From assembly GCA_963729625.1 (NCBI GenBank), contig CAVSOU010000017.1, positions 128,001-192,000 on the forward strand: a stretch of 64,000 bases of DNA. The letters run 5' to 3'. The position numbers and the translations under genes are program-made. The first letter of the stretch is position 1. Each line of letters starts with the position of its first letter. The notes beneath the pieces are model-generated. The model had not been told where the DNA came from, searched no databases, and was given only the letters and a program-made list of their open reading frames with translations. This DNA comes from an uncultured bacterium (GTDB taxonomy: Bacteria; Chloroflexota; UBA5177; JANWHV01). This document shows, piece by piece, positions 20,517 through 31,710 of this stretch.

Positions 20517-20788
20517 GCGTCGTGCTCCAGCAGTTCTAGACCCGCCGCTTCAAGGTCTGGATCGATATCGTCCGTCGTCCCAGCCATCGCCGCAGTATAT
20601 GCCAGAATAGCTTCGTCAATCCGGGCTTGTTGCCGCGTTTCCAGCCATTGCGCGATTGCTTCACGGGCCACAGCATTGGCAGGTTTCCTACTGTGTGCCG
20701 CCTCCGTCTGCAAGGCACGGTAGAGGTCATCCGGCAGGGGTACATGAAAGTTGCGACGTGGCGTGGGGTCAGATGCAACGCGTGGCAT
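20513..20788 (-). CDS. Ribbon-helix-helix antitoxin
   Basis: RNFHVPLPDDLYRAL..NAVAREAIAQWL, acidic tail; 4-nt overlap with mazF; AGGAG RBS. Confidence 0.8.
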   Translation of the reverse strand: MPRVASDPTPRRNFHVPLPDDLYRALQTEAAHSRKPANAVAREAIAQWLETRQQARIDEAILAYTAAMAGTTDDIDPDLEAAGLELLEHDA

Positions 20789-21073
20789 GATTCTCCTCCT
20801 TCTTATGCCATATGATTGCAACCCAGTATGCCACGATTCGATGGCACGAAGAAAGCTGAGCGACGCGCCGTTCTTCACCCCGCGCGCACCTGCGCTCCGG
20901 GCCGCGACGGATGCGCGCATGGCGCTGGTCGCCAACTGCCTCACGATTTCGGGTACTACGACCATGTGGGAAATTGCGCGCGTGGGCGGGCCGGGTTGCC
21001 CGCATATGTGATGCCTGTTGGTAGTCGCCGTTTGACGTGGACCGCAGCACGCCCGGTGACAGCCAAGCAGCCG

Positions 21074-22366
21074 TCAGTCCTCCACTTCCGCGTCGCGATC
21101 GCGCATGCGTGGATCGACGACACGACCGTAGACAATCAGCGTGGCAGCGAGGGCGAGCACGAGCGTCATCACGAACACGGTCGGGTAACCGACACGGTCG
21201 GCGATGATGCCGGCAAGCAGCGGCGCCCCGGCGGCAAATGGTACGGCTGCCAGGTTGGCGAGGCCGATGTAGGTGGGCCGCTGCGCAATGGGGGCGAAGT
21301 CGACGATAAACGTGAACGCCGCCAGCTGCAGGCCGCTGGTGGAGATGCCGACAAGCATGAAGACGAGGCCATAGCCGGCGAAGCCGATACCCGGCCCGTG
21401 CACCAGGAGGGCGATCAGGGCGGCCAGGCCGGTGCAGAGAGCGCCACCCTCGATTACGCGCTTGTGCCCAATGTGGTCACCCACGTAACCCCAGGCGACA
21501 TTTCCCACGGTTGAGGCAGCCATTAGCACTACAGCATACACGCCGGCGCTGGCGTCGGTGAGGTGCAAGGTGCGCTTGGCATCGACGATGTAGAACGACG
21601 TGGCCATTCCCGCGGCGCTGATCAACACGGTCGCCACCAGATACCAGGCAAAATTGCGGTCGTCGCGCACGATACCCGGCAGCCGGCGCCAGTAGCCGGC
21701 ATGGGATGCTGACGCGGGAGGCGCCGCTTCCACCGGCGCCGGTTCCCGACTGCTGGCGATAAAGACGAAGGAGACAGCGAGCGAGACCGTGGTACAGGCG
21801 AAGCACAGGGCGAATCCTCCCGGCCAGTCGAAGCGCTCCAGAAGAAGAGCGGCGATGGCTGCGCCGATCACGCCGAGCAGGCCGCCGAGGGCGATACTGA
21901 AGCCGAAGAAGCGCCCACGCCAGTCGGGCGGCAGCATGCGTGCCAGCAGATCGAGCCAGGCCGGGAGGCCCATGCCGCCGAACCAGGTCCCAATCCCGAC
22001 CATGGCGAAGAACAGCCAGAGCAATAGCGCCGGATGGCTGCCGGCGAGCAACGGTGTGACAATGGCAAGGACGAGGTAGGGCAGCCGCTCGAAGGTAGTC
22101 ATTGTCAGCAGGAACGGCTTCTTGCGCCGTAGGCGCTCCGTGTGCGGCGCGATAAGTACAGGAGGCAAGGAAGATCCTATCGCCCGGATGGTGGCGATCA
22201 ACCCAAGGGCCAGGTTCGAGGTGCTGAGGTGATGGACGTACAGCGGCATCACACCGTAGACCGAGACGAAGCTAAGCCCTAACACAAAGAGGCTAAGATC
22301 GAGGCCCATCACCGTGTAGTTCCAGCGATACTCTCGCAGTGGTACGACGGTCCTCAACACAGACAT
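21074..22366 (-). CDS. MFS transporter
   Basis: About 12 hydrophobic segments, RGRFFG and GYVGDHIGHKR loop motifs. Confidence 0.85.
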   Translation of the reverse strand: MSVLRTVVPLREYRWNYTVMGLDLSLFVLGLSFVSVYGVMPLYVHHLSTSNLALGLIATIRAIGSSLPPVLIAPHTERLRRKKPFLLTMTTFERLPYLVLAIVTPLLAGSHPALLLWLFFAMVGIGTWFGGMGLPAWLDLLARMLPPDWRGRFFGFSIALGGLLGVIGAAIAALLLERFDWPGGFALCFACTTVSLAVSFVFIASSREPAPVEAAPPASASHAGYWRRLPGIVRDDRNFAWYLVATVLISAAGMATSFYIVDAKRTLHLTDASAGVYAVVLMAASTVGNVAWGYVGDHIGHKRVIEGGALCTGLAALIALLVHGPGIGFAGYGLVFMLVGISTSGLQLAAFTFIVDFAPIAQRPTYIGLANLAAVPFAAGAPLLAGIIADRVGYPTVFVMTLVLALAATLIVYGRVVDPRMRDRDAEVED

Positions 22367-22633
22367 GCAGGGTACTTCCTCGACCTTTGGTACTTCATCG
22401 GGCCGCACGGTGCCGGCCAGGCAGCTCGCGAAAGGCGCTGCGCCCGGCCGCCTGTAGCATTCTACAGGCCCGTGTTTCGGCCCGACCAGGCGTGCCGGCT
22501 CGCTTACGATGCTACTCCCGGCAGCGGTGCGGCCGGAGGCCAGGTGCTGCGCGCTGCCCTTGGATCGGGTTGAAGCGCAGGCCATCCAGGCACGCCTCGA
22601 GCAGGAGGGAGAGAGGGAGCACTCGGCGCCGGC

Positions 22634-25072
22634 TCAGCCGGCCGGATCGGCCTCCAGCGCCAGCGAGATGGCCGCCTCCAACACCAGGGCTTGTCCCTCG
22701 GCCCAGGCCACCGCGAACGTCTCCTCACCCAGCGCCGCGCGCATGGCCTGCACCGCCCGGTCATGGTCGCCACTGTCGCTTGAGGGCGCGGGCAGGCCCA
22801 GGACGTCCCGCTCCGCCTCCGCGGCTCCGCACAGGCGCGCGGCCCGTCGCGACTGTCCACGCGCCGCGGCTGCCCAGGCCAAACCCTCCAGCGCCTCGGC
22901 CTGAATGTGCTTGGTACTGAGGTCGCGAGTAAGCAGGAGGCTTTCCTCGAACAGCCTTGCCGCTTTACCGTACTCGCGCTGGGCGGAAGCAACCAATCCC
23001 AGGTTGTTGAGCGACTCGGCGATACCTCGCCTGTCGCCCTGCTCGCGCCGCAGCGCAAGGCCTTCTGTAAGTAGGCCGGTTGCCCGTTCGACCTGGCCAA
23101 GCCCACGCGCCACCAGGCCCAGATTGTTGAGCGCCGTGGCGCTGCCCCACAGGTCTCCGAGCGCGCGATACAGCACCAGTCCCTCGGCATACAGGGCCTC
23201 CGCACGCGTGAAATCGCCCAACTCTAACATCGCGCTCGCCACATTGGTCAGCGACGTGGCGATGCCTTGCGTGTCGCCCAGCTCGCGACGTAGGGCCAGG
23301 GCTTCCTGATGCAGGGCCAGCGAAATCCGGTATTCTCCCTGCCGCCGCGCCAGGTTTCCGGCACCATTCAGCGCTCGGGCGCGGGTAGCGGGCGAGCCCC
23401 GGTTCGAGACGAGCATCTCTTCCAACCAGCGCCGCCCTTCACCCAGATGGCCGCGGATTTCCCAGAAGCGCCAGAGCGACGACGCCAAGCGCAGCCCCTC
23501 CTCGCCGCGCGCCCTCTCTCGCGCCCAGCCCAGCGCCGCACGCAGGTTATCGTGCTCCTGTTCCAGCCGATCCAGCCACGGCCCCTGCTCAGCCCCGCGC
23601 AACGCCGGGTCCGCCTGCAGCGCCAGCGCCAGAAAACAGTTCAGGTGGAGGTCGCGGGTCGTGGCTTCCTCACCGGCCGCGGCAAGCCGTTCCCCGGCAT
23701 ACTGGCGCACCGTCTCGAGCAGCCGGTAGCGGTCCGCCCCCTCGGCCGTCTCGTCCACCTGCACAAGCGAGCGGTGCACCAGCCCATCGAGACCGTCCAG
23801 CACCGCCCAGGACGCTATCTCATCTCCCGCGCACACTGCCTCCGCCGCCTCCAGCGTCCAACCGCCCGCGAAGACCGAAAGCCGGCTGAGCACCGTTCGC
23901 TCCCGTGCATCGAGAAGGTCCCAACTCCAGTCCAGTGTCGCCCGCAGCGTCCGCTGCCGCGTAGGGAGGTCCCGCGAGCCGGTGCACAGCAGCTGAAAGC
24001 GGTCATCCAGGCGAGAGGCGATCGCCTCCACGCCCATGCTGCCCATACGGGCCGCGGCCAGCTCGATTGCCAGCGGCACACCGTCCAGCCGGGCACAGAT
24101 CTCGGCCACTGCCCGGGCATTACTGCCAGTCAAGGCGAAGTTTTCGCGCCGCTCCTGGGCACGAGCCACGAACAGGCGCACCGCCTCGAAGCTGCCTGCC
24201 AGTTCCGGCGACGGTAGGCGCCGGGGATCGGGAATACTGAGCGACGGGACCCGGTAGCTGCACTCTCCGGCGACTCCCAGTGCTTCCCGGCTGGTAGCCA
24301 GGACGTGCAGGCAGGGTGCTGCCCGCAGCAGCATTCCCGCCAGTGTGGCGCAGGCCACCACGAGGTGCTCGCAGTTGTCAAGTATCAGCAGCAGGCGCTT
24401 TCCTTTGCAATGGTCGCTCAGGGTCTCCGGGACCGCGCGGCCCGGCTCTTCCTGCAGGCCCAGGGCCTGGACTACCGCGGCCGGCACCAGCCCGGAGTCG
24501 GCCAGCGGAGCCAACTCCACCAGCCACACGCCGTCGGGAAAGGCAGCGAGGATCTCCTTCCCAACTGCGAGGGCGAGCCGTGTCTTGCCTACGCCGCCGC
24601 TGCCGACCAGGGTGACCATGCGGTGTGCCGCGAGCAGCTCGTTCACCCTGGCCTGCGCGCGCTCGCGCCCAATAAAGCTGGACAGGGTCGCGGGAAGATT
24701 GTGCTGCGGGTTGAACGACGGCGTCGCGGTTTCCCTCACCGGCATGAACTGTGGCAGGAGCGGAAGCGCGATAGAGTCACGGATCGGGACTGGAGCTGCG
24801 TTGCTCAGCGGAGCTACGGGTGATGAGGGTGCATGGAGTTGCGCAGCCAGCGCCAACGCCTCGCGCTCCTGAGCAGTGAGCGTTAAGGCGTCGGCCAGCC
24901 GGCGCATTGTGGCGGGATATGGCCGGTGCATGCCGCGCTCCAAATAGAGGAGGCCGCGCGAACTGAGCCCGGCGCAGTCGGCCAGGGCCTCTTGCGAAAG
25001 GCCAGCGGCCTCCCGATAGCGGCGTAGCAGTGTGCCAAAGGTGCGAAGGGATTCGGAAGGTTGCTTGGGCAT
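22634..25072 (-). CDS. XRE-HTH + NB-ARC-like STAND ATPase + TPR protein
   Basis: XRE head; HNLPATLSSFIGRE, LVGSGGVGKTRLA, LILDNCEH, LDGVPLAIELAAAR, RQRTLRATLDWS; MalT-like TPRs. Confidence 0.9.
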   Translation of the reverse strand: MPKQPSESLRTFGTLLRRYREAAGLSQEALADCAGLSSRGLLYLERGMHRPYPATMRRLADALTLTAQEREALALAAQLHAPSSPVAPLSNAAPVPIRDSIALPLLPQFMPVRETATPSFNPQHNLPATLSSFIGRERAQARVNELLAAHRMVTLVGSGGVGKTRLALAVGKEILAAFPDGVWLVELAPLADSGLVPAAVVQALGLQEEPGRAVPETLSDHCKGKRLLLILDNCEHLVVACATLAGMLLRAAPCLHVLATSREALGVAGECSYRVPSLSIPDPRRLPSPELAGSFEAVRLFVARAQERRENFALTGSNARAVAEICARLDGVPLAIELAAARMGSMGVEAIASRLDDRFQLLCTGSRDLPTRQRTLRATLDWSWDLLDARERTVLSRLSVFAGGWTLEAAEAVCAGDEIASWAVLDGLDGLVHRSLVQVDETAEGADRYRLLETVRQYAGERLAAAGEEATTRDLHLNCFLALALQADPALRGAEQGPWLDRLEQEHDNLRAALGWARERARGEEGLRLASSLWRFWEIRGHLGEGRRWLEEMLVSNRGSPATRARALNGAGNLARRQGEYRISLALHQEALALRRELGDTQGIATSLTNVASAMLELGDFTRAEALYAEGLVLYRALGDLWGSATALNNLGLVARGLGQVERATGLLTEGLALRREQGDRRGIAESLNNLGLVASAQREYGKAARLFEESLLLTRDLSTKHIQAEALEGLAWAAAARGQSRRAARLCGAAEAERDVLGLPAPSSDSGDHDRAVQAMRAALGEETFAVAWAEGQALVLEAAISLALEADPAG

Positions 25073-25353
25073 CGTCTCTCCTGTTCGAGCAACCTTCCGC
25101 TGCGCTGCTCGGAGCAAACGAGCTATTCTCAGCTATATCGCATCATACCATCCTTATCTTTAAGGCGCTGGGCGGCTGTGAACCGCGATGCAAACGCCGA
25201 TCTGGTAGTCTGAGGTGACGGCTTGGCGCCGGCGATCGCGCAAGCGCTTGGTACTGTTGCACGCTTGATCCGGCCTCGCGAAACCACACCGCGATGCAGG
25301 CAGGGACAGAGCGGAGCCGGAGGCCGCCCAGAGGCTAAAGGAGCTGTGCAGAT

Positions 25354-26031
25354 ATGTCGACAGATGTGCGAGCGCTCTACACGCAGTTGGTCGCGACAGC
25401 GGCGGCGCTGGTCCGCAGTGGCGCGATATCCATGTCCGGACATGGCAACCTCAGCATCCGCATTCCGGGGCGCGACGAGATCCTGTACAGTGCCGCGCCA
25501 ACGCTCCACGGGTTTCAGGAGTCAAGCATTGTACGCCTACACCTGGATGGCAGCATTCTGGACGGCGACGTGCCGCCTATAGCCGCCGCCGTGATCCCGA
25601 TGCACACTACCATCTACCAGGAACGCCCCGATACCGGCTGCGTCGTGCATACCCATTCGCCCTACGCGACCGCATTCGCGGTGGCCAACCGGCCTATCGA
25701 GGGGTGGACCGAGGCATTCGGCATCTTCGGGCTGGAGGATGGAGTGCCGCTCGCACCCTATGGCGCCCGCGGCTCCGAGCAGGCTGTGCGGCACATCAAG
25801 GATGCTCTGACAGCCAAAACGCACGCTATCCTTCTGGCCAACCATGGTGTGCTTTGTTTCCACAGCACTCCCGCCATGGCGGTGCAGATGAACGTGATCG
25901 TGGAGGAGGCGGCCCAAGCCGCTATCTTCGCCGGAGCCATTGGAGGGCCACGGGTGGTGCCGCCAGAGTTGCTGCACGCGTCCAAGACCCGGGCAGCCAG
26001 CTTTGAAGCCCGGGGCACCCTGCACGGCTGA
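25354..26031 (+). CDS. Class II aldolase/adducin family protein
   Basis: GHGNLS, MHTTIY, VVHTHSPYAT, LLANHG; AAGGAG RBS. Confidence 0.9.
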   Translation: MSTDVRALYTQLVATAAALVRSGAISMSGHGNLSIRIPGRDEILYSAAPTLHGFQESSIVRLHLDGSILDGDVPPIAAAVIPMHTTIYQERPDTGCVVHTHSPYATAFAVANRPIEGWTEAFGIFGLEDGVPLAPYGARGSEQAVRHIKDALTAKTHAILLANHGVLCFHSTPAMAVQMNVIVEEAAQAAIFAGAIGGPRVVPPELLHASKTRAASFEARGTLHG

Positions 26032-26215
26032 TCCGAGGCGACAGCGGCGCCATTCAAGCGCTATGCCGGGTGACACTGCGGTAGAGAGCGCGCAACAGCG
26101 ACCAACTCACTCGGAAGAACCCGGAAGTGCCGTTGGTTATCAGATTGTGCCGTGTACGCCGAGGGCATGGCGACACTACTGGCAGGATGATTGCACCAGG
26201 TAGTTGCCTGACGGC

Positions 26216-26620
26216 TCAGGAATCGGCGATATTGTGCCCATACCAGAGTAAGAAAGCGCGGTATGATTCGGCAATGTAGGCTGGGATCGGCACGCCCTCA
26301 CAGATACACGCGCCACGACCGCGCGCCTGGAGCCGGCGAATATCGTCGTGAGTCAGTGGGCGCTCACATGGACGCCCATCTTCCTGCCACCGCAATACGC
26401 GCACGTGAAGCCTGTGCAACTCCTGGCTCGTGACCAGCAGCAGAAGCTGATCGATCCTCCCCTGGTGCGCCAACTCCTCAACCGCTGCCCGCGAAGGCAC
26501 TCCCAGCCGGCCGGCATCGTCGGTGCTATCAATCAGCCGCACAAGCTCTTCCACGCCCAAGGTCAGACAACTCCTCTCGGCAAGGTCACCGACCAAGTCC
26601 CGCTTCCGTACGCAGCTACA
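26216..26620 (-). CDS. Hypothetical protein (uncertain)
   Basis: Open frame with protein-like composition, no recognisable motif, unclear start. Confidence 0.3.
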   Translation of the reverse strand, partial: CSCVRKRDLVGDLAERSCLTLGVEELVRLIDSTDDAGRLGVPSRAAVEELAHQGRIDQLLLLVTSQELHRLHVRVLRWQEDGRPCERPLTHDDIRRLQARGRGACICEGVPIPAYIAESYRAFLLWYGHNIADS

Positions 26621-26766
26621 CGAGCACGGCGTCACTCGTGGTAACCGGCCAGGCACGGGCAGTGCCCGTCTGTACCTGGCCGGCGTCTTTGACAGGAAGG
26701 CAGAGCACCTATCGTAGAGATGGAGCGCCTTGCATGCGAGCGCCGTCCTCAACAAGGGTGCTGGCG

Positions 26767-27054
26767 CTACGGGATGAGCTTATAGATGTCGATAGCTGTT
26801 TCCCGCGGCGGTGTCGCGAACCCTCCCTTGATGCCCTGCTGCATTTTGGGCATCAGGGTGCCGTCGCGAAATCGCTCCCAGCTCTCCTTGGAGTCATGGA
26901 CCGCCACGATCGTCCAGCCTCCAGCCGATGGACCGGCTGCGTGGAAGATCTGGCCATCTGGCAGCACACCGGCACCGGGATGCACGGCGGCGATCGATGC
27001 CTCGTACTGCTCCTTGGTGCCGCCAGGGAAATGATGGACGATCCCGTACGCCAT
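26767..27054 (-). CDS. Small dimeric alpha-beta-barrel-like hypothetical protein
   Basis: GAGGGAG RBS; GGTKEQYE..PDGQIFHAAGP..GWTIVAVHDSKESWERF. Confidence 0.7.
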   Translation of the reverse strand: MAYGIVHHFPGGTKEQYEASIAAVHPGAGVLPDGQIFHAAGPSAGGWTIVAVHDSKESWERFRDGTLMPKMQQGIKGGFATPPRETAIDIYKLIP

Positions 27055-27401
27055 GATTGCTCCCTCTTCTGTTTCTAGACACGTTCAGCACTCGCGAGCC
27101 CCGGCGACGACCGGCACGAGCGCCTGTTTCACACGTGGGCGGCAGCACCGAAGCGGATCGCTGCCTCACAGTATTCACTCTGGGCTAGCGCGGTGTGCAT
27201 GACCAGGAAAAGGTCCCGCACGGTTTCCGCATTCTCACCGCACAGTCACTGCATGAACGATTGCAATCGACGCACGCCAGATCCATCGCATGAGCGGTGT
27301 GCTTGCCGGAGACGCTTCGCTCTCTGATGTAGAACTTGCACATTCATGCCATGGGGTTGCGCCAGGCAGCCCACGTTCAGGAGATCGCGGCCAGTCCGGT
27401 G

Positions 27402-28358
27402 CTACGCCGAGAGACCTGCCGCTTGCAGCGCCTCCGTCAGGGTTGGCGTGCCCTCCATCGGGCCTAAGCGCGTCACGGCCAGTCCACCCACGGCATTGGC
27501 AATCCGGAGCATGCGTTCAGGCTCAAGCCCGTGCAGAAGGCCATAGGCGACACCGCCGGCAAATGCATCACCGGCGCCCGTCGGATCGCGCTCCTCTCGA
27601 GGCTGGGTAGACACGTGCACGGTAGCCTCGCGCGTGAACAGCGTGCTGCCCCGCGGCCCCTCCTTCATGATTACCATCGCCACACCCCGCTGCAGAAGGA
27701 TGCGCACGGCCTGCCGCACGTCGTCCTCACCGGCCAGCATCGCCAGTTCCTTGCCCGAGGGCAGCACCACGTCGCTCAGCGCTACGATCGGCCCGCACAC
27801 GTCTTCCACCGACGCACCGCCCAGCAACTCCGGCCGGATGTTCGGATCGAAGCTCACGCGCGCGCCCGCTTCCTTGCCCAGCGTCGCAGCCCGCAGGCAC
27901 GCGGCGCGCCACTCCCGGCTGGATGCCAGCGTGGAACCCGTGATGTGGACCAGCTTGGCCCGCGCAAAGTACCCGGGCTCGATTGCCGGCACCTGCGCGG
28001 CTGCAGCGTGTTTGAGGTGAAACAGGAAATCGCGGCCCCCGTCTTCGCGATAGGTTACAAACGCCGTTCCTGTAGCACGCGCCGGGTCGACGAGAAGGTG
28101 GGTCAGGTCTACGCCGTCGCCGGCGAGGCGGATGCGGAGCAGGCGTCCAAAGGCGTCGTCGCCTACGCAGCCGATGAAGCCCGTGGACAGCCCCAATCGC
28201 GCACAAGCACTGGCGAAATCCGCCGGCGCGCCGCTGGGGAACGGCCCCTCGAAGGGACCCGGCTCATCGAGCGGAATGCCGGCGCGCGGCCGCATGACCT
28301 CGACCAGTGCCTCGCCAAGCGCAATCACGTCTGGTGTCCGCTGTCCGCTCATGATCAT
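27402..28358 (-). CDS. PfkB-family sugar kinase
   Basis: GEALVE, SGAPA, GCVGDDAFG, SFDPNIR, DPTGAGDAF. Confidence 0.92.
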   Translation of the reverse strand: MIMSGQRTPDVIALGEALVEVMRPRAGIPLDEPGPFEGPFPSGAPADFASACARLGLSTGFIGCVGDDAFGRLLRIRLAGDGVDLTHLLVDPARATGTAFVTYREDGGRDFLFHLKHAAAAQVPAIEPGYFARAKLVHITGSTLASSREWRAACLRAATLGKEAGARVSFDPNIRPELLGGASVEDVCGPIVALSDVVLPSGKELAMLAGEDDVRQAVRILLQRGVAMVIMKEGPRGSTLFTREATVHVSTQPREERDPTGAGDAFAGGVAYGLLHGLEPERMLRIANAVGGLAVTRLGPMEGTPTLTEALQAAGLSA

Positions 28359-28734
28359 CTATCCTCATCCGGACTACTCGTACGGCGTCCTGACCACCCT
28401 CCATGCTACCCAAATCTGCCCGCGCCCTGGGCAGGATCCGATCGCCCACCAGCCGCGCTTGGTGGGGAGATGGGAAGATCGGTGGCTGTAATCCGACACG
28501 GTGGTGAGAGATTTCGGCAGAAGCCCCGCTAGCCGCTTTCAAGTCGAGGCGCCAGCGATGCCAACTACCGAAAGGCCCGGCCGCTCAGCCGCGACCGAGC
28601 GTACAGGCCTCCGGCCAAAATCAGCGGTCCCGCACCGGTGAAGAGGAGGTTGATGTTGCCCCACGATACTCCCAGGAAGCCGAAATGCACGCCTCGAAGC
28701 GCCGTGCCGGCAAGGTATCCGAGCGAGCAGCTGG

Positions 28735-29178
28735 CTACTCAACAGGTGCCGGAGGCTCCTGTAGCAGGCCGAGAAAGCCTGCTTTCCCGATCTTTTGCGC
28801 TTTCTTGAAGCGGGTCCCGGGTGCGTACCGCTGAAAGAGCCGCACTGACTCGGTCTGCTCGCGCTCGTAGCCGTCCACGTACACGGCATCGACCTTGCCG
28901 CCGCGGTACGTGAAATAGCCGTCATAGACGAGCGCGGCAAGATCTGGTTGTCGCACCCCGATCAAGTGCCTGGCTTCCTGGAACAGGGCCTCTGTTTCGC
29001 CACCGACACCGGTGTGGCTGAGTGCCACTGTCTCGGCGATGCCATCGGTCACACAGCGCAAGTACGGCTGAAAGGTCCCTCCCGGACCCGTCGCCTCGAG
29101 CCCATGATCGAGCTCCGCGAATAGCAGGGATGCGAGGGCATCGCTCATCTCGGTCCCATCAGGCAGCGTCAGCGGCAC
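28735..29178 (-). CDS. Hypothetical protein
   Basis: 147-aa ORF with GAGGG RBS, co-oriented with neighbours. Confidence 0.55.
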   Translation of the reverse strand: MPLTLPDGTEMSDALASLLFAELDHGLEATGPGGTFQPYLRCVTDGIAETVALSHTGVGGETEALFQEARHLIGVRQPDLAALVYDGYFTYRGGKVDAVYVDGYEREQTESVRLFQRYAPGTRFKKAQKIGKAGFLGLLQEPPAPVE

Positions 29179-29248
29179 AACTCAGTCCCTCAGTCGATCT
29201 CGCGGTCGGGCACGAACGTGTGGTGGCCCCGCGCGTCCATCGCTCCCG

Positions 29249-29734
29249 TTAGCCGCTGTGCCGAAAACCTGCGTCACGCATCGTCAAGGGCTCGCCGGTT
29301 CTCAGCAGCGTGGCATCGGTCACGCGCGCGACCAGCAACGTCGAGTCCCCGGCCGGCGTCTCCGACTCGACCGCGCACCGCACGTAGCCGAGGCAATCGG
29401 CCAGTACTGGCGGCACGTCAGCTGCTGCTTCCTCGGCCAGCCACACCACGCCGTCGAGCTTGCTTGGCGCGCGGCGTTGAGAGCGGCCCAAGGTGCCCGC
29501 CAACTCACGGCGACCACTCTCCAGTACGCAGGCGGCGAACACACCACTGGCACGGATAAGCTCCAACGAGAGCGTATCATTCTCCACCGAAACCGCCAGA
29601 AGAGGCGGGTCAAACGACACCTGTGTTAGCCAGTTCACGGTACATGCGTTCTGCCGGCCCTGGTAGCGGCTCGTAACCACGTATAGACCGTAGGTAAACA
29701 GCCGCAGCACCGACTTCTTTGCCGCTTCATCCAT
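29249..29734 (-). CDS. Flavin reductase-like protein
   Basis: FTYGLYVVT, NWLTQVSFDPPL, AGDSTL; GGAGG RBS. Confidence 0.9.
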   Translation of the reverse strand: MDEAAKKSVLRLFTYGLYVVTSRYQGRQNACTVNWLTQVSFDPPLLAVSVENDTLSLELIRASGVFAACVLESGRRELAGTLGRSQRRAPSKLDGVVWLAEEAAADVPPVLADCLGYVRCAVESETPAGDSTLLVARVTDATLLRTGEPLTMRDAGFRHSG

Positions 29735-30236
29735 CTTGGTTGCCTCCAATTGCGCCGCAAATCGCACACGATCACGGATCACCCGACCTGACTCGCGTAC
29801 CGGCGCCACGGTCACGCAAGGCAGGTCGCCACGCCATTATCGTAGATCGTTTGGCGCTTGCAGGGTCGCCCACCGCAGACAGGACGGGTTCGCGGGCTAC
29901 TCGCCTACCGGGTGCGGCTTGGCTCCGCGCTCCAGTCGTACCGCGACGAGGACGGTGCTACGCCTACGTGGTTACGCGCGGCGCGGAGGCTTGCGTCAAT
30001 CTCCGCGATGGTGTTGATGATCGCGTCGTGCTCGGCAATGCGGAGGCTGCGAGCCTCTCTTCGGTTTGATCTATCATGGATGTTCCCGCCGACCGTGTTG
30101 TCAGCGTCAACTCCTTGTCGAAACATGCATGCCAATCGTATGGCCGGCGGCCGGCGCCTTGCCGGTGCCACTGGGATGGCCGCAGTACACGGTCGGGGCA
30201 TGGTATTGATCCTTTCACTCAGGAAGGGAATCTGGA

Positions 30237-30959
30237 ATGCGCGTGGGGGAAACATGGGAGCAGGCGGCCGAGAACTGGGTACGGTGGACGCGTACGCCGG
30301 GATTCGATGCCTACTGGTACTACGGCGAAACGTTCTTTGCGCACATCGTGCCGCCACCGGGTCGCCGCACGCTGGAAGTCGGTTGCGGCGAGGGCCGCGT
30401 GGCGCGCGACCTGGCACGGCACGGCCATGTGATGACAGCGATCGACGCGTCGCCTACCTTGCTACGCTATGCGCAAGAAGCGGATCCTGCCGGCCGATAC
30501 GTGCTCGCGGATGCGGCGGCGTTGCCGTTCGCTGACGGCGAGTTCGATCTTGTCGTCGCCTATAACTCGCTGATGGACTTCGAAGATATGCCGGGCGCGG
30601 TGCGCGAGGCGGCGCGCGTGCTGGCGCCGGGCGGCCGCTTCTGCATCTGCGTCACTCATCCGCTGAACGACGCGGGCAACTTCGAGGGTGATGGGCCGGA
30701 GGAGCCGTTCATCATCCGCGGCTCTTACCTGGCAAGCCGTACGTTCGACGAGACGTTCGAGCGCGACGGCTTGAGAATGACCTTTCACGGCTACTGCCAC
30801 CCTACTGGCGCATATGCACAGGCACTGGAACAGGCCGGCTTCCTGATCGAGCAAATGCGCGAGCCGGCGGCGCCGGAAACCGCTGTCGCCACGAGATCGT
30901 CCTTCCTGAAGTGGCAGCGCGTGCCGATGTTCCTGCACATCAGAGCGGTGAAAGGCTGA
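30237..30959 (+). CDS. Class I SAM-dependent methyltransferase
   Basis: LEVGCGEG, IDASP, ADAAALPFADGEFD, ARVLAPGG. Confidence 0.9.
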   Translation: MRVGETWEQAAENWVRWTRTPGFDAYWYYGETFFAHIVPPPGRRTLEVGCGEGRVARDLARHGHVMTAIDASPTLLRYAQEADPAGRYVLADAAALPFADGEFDLVVAYNSLMDFEDMPGAVREAARVLAPGGRFCICVTHPLNDAGNFEGDGPEEPFIIRGSYLASRTFDETFERDGLRMTFHGYCHPTGAYAQALEQAGFLIEQMREPAAPETAVATRSSFLKWQRVPMFLHIRAVKG

Positions 30960-31035
30960 CCGGAGGACGCGCCTCGCCGCTGCACCGGCAACCTGCTCCT
31001 GGCCCATGCAGGACACATGAGAGCCTGGGCGCGAC

Positions 31036-31626
31036 TCAGATCGGCAACATCTCCGGCACGTCGGTGCGCCGATAGAGGGTGCTCACGGGAAGGCGCACGT
31101 CGACACTGGTCAGCTCCACCTCATCGCGAGGCCCGTACATACGGAAGACACCCCAACCCTCATTCGTGCGCCGGTAGACTTCGACGAGCTGCACCTCCGT
31201 GTTCACCAGGACATACTCCTGCAAGCTCTCGCAGCTCCGGTAGTAGGCCGTCTTGTGCGTGCGATCGTAGTGTTCTGTGGACTGGGAAAGCACCTCAAAA
31301 ACGACCTTGGGCGCCGCCAGCTCGGTCTTTTCGCGTGACGTTGTCCCGGCGCCTTCGCATGACACCGTCACATCCGGATAGGTATAGCGGCTCTCAGACA
31401 GCCGCACCGGCATGTCCGATGCGTATACCATGCACGGCACGTCACTCAGTGCAGCGTCCAGAGCAGCGACGGCATTGATGGCGATTCTTGCGTGGGTCTC
31501 CGTCCCGCCAGCCATTGCATACGCATAGCCGTCGATGTATTCGTGTTTCACATCGCGGCTCTCGCGCTCAAGCACTCGCCACTCTTCAATGCTCATGCGC
31601 GTGCGCTTTCCCTGTTCAGCCAGCAT
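31036..31626 (-). CDS. Uma2 (DUF820) family endonuclease
   Basis: KHEYIDG..AMAGG..H, YPDVTVSC, EVLSQSTEHYDR..K..Y; GGAGG RBS. Confidence 0.9.
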   Translation of the reverse strand: MLAEQGKRTRMSIEEWRVLERESRDVKHEYIDGYAYAMAGGTETHARIAINAVAALDAALSDVPCMVYASDMPVRLSESRYTYPDVTVSCEGAGTTSREKTELAAPKVVFEVLSQSTEHYDRTHKTAYYRSCESLQEYVLVNTEVQLVEVYRRTNEGWGVFRMYGPRDEVELTSVDVRLPVSTLYRRTDVPEMLPI

Positions 31627-31710
31627 TGATCCGCACCTCCTCGTCCTCAAGTGTACTGCTGGCGCGTCTGTCCCGCGCCAGGCAGGCCACCCACACATGC
31701 CGGCCACGGT

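Noticed and set aside
20816-21070. Formylglycine-generating-enzyme-like fragment (PHDFGYYDHVGN)
   Set aside because: Only a short resemblance, with no flanking support
19372-22366. RiPP biosynthetic cluster around the repeat peptide
   Set aside because: No maturase or peptidase adjacent; the MFS gene is separated by a TA pair and on the opposite strand
29905-30126. Small orphan ORF MFRQGVDAD...
   Set aside because: No clear RBS or motif; cannot be supported
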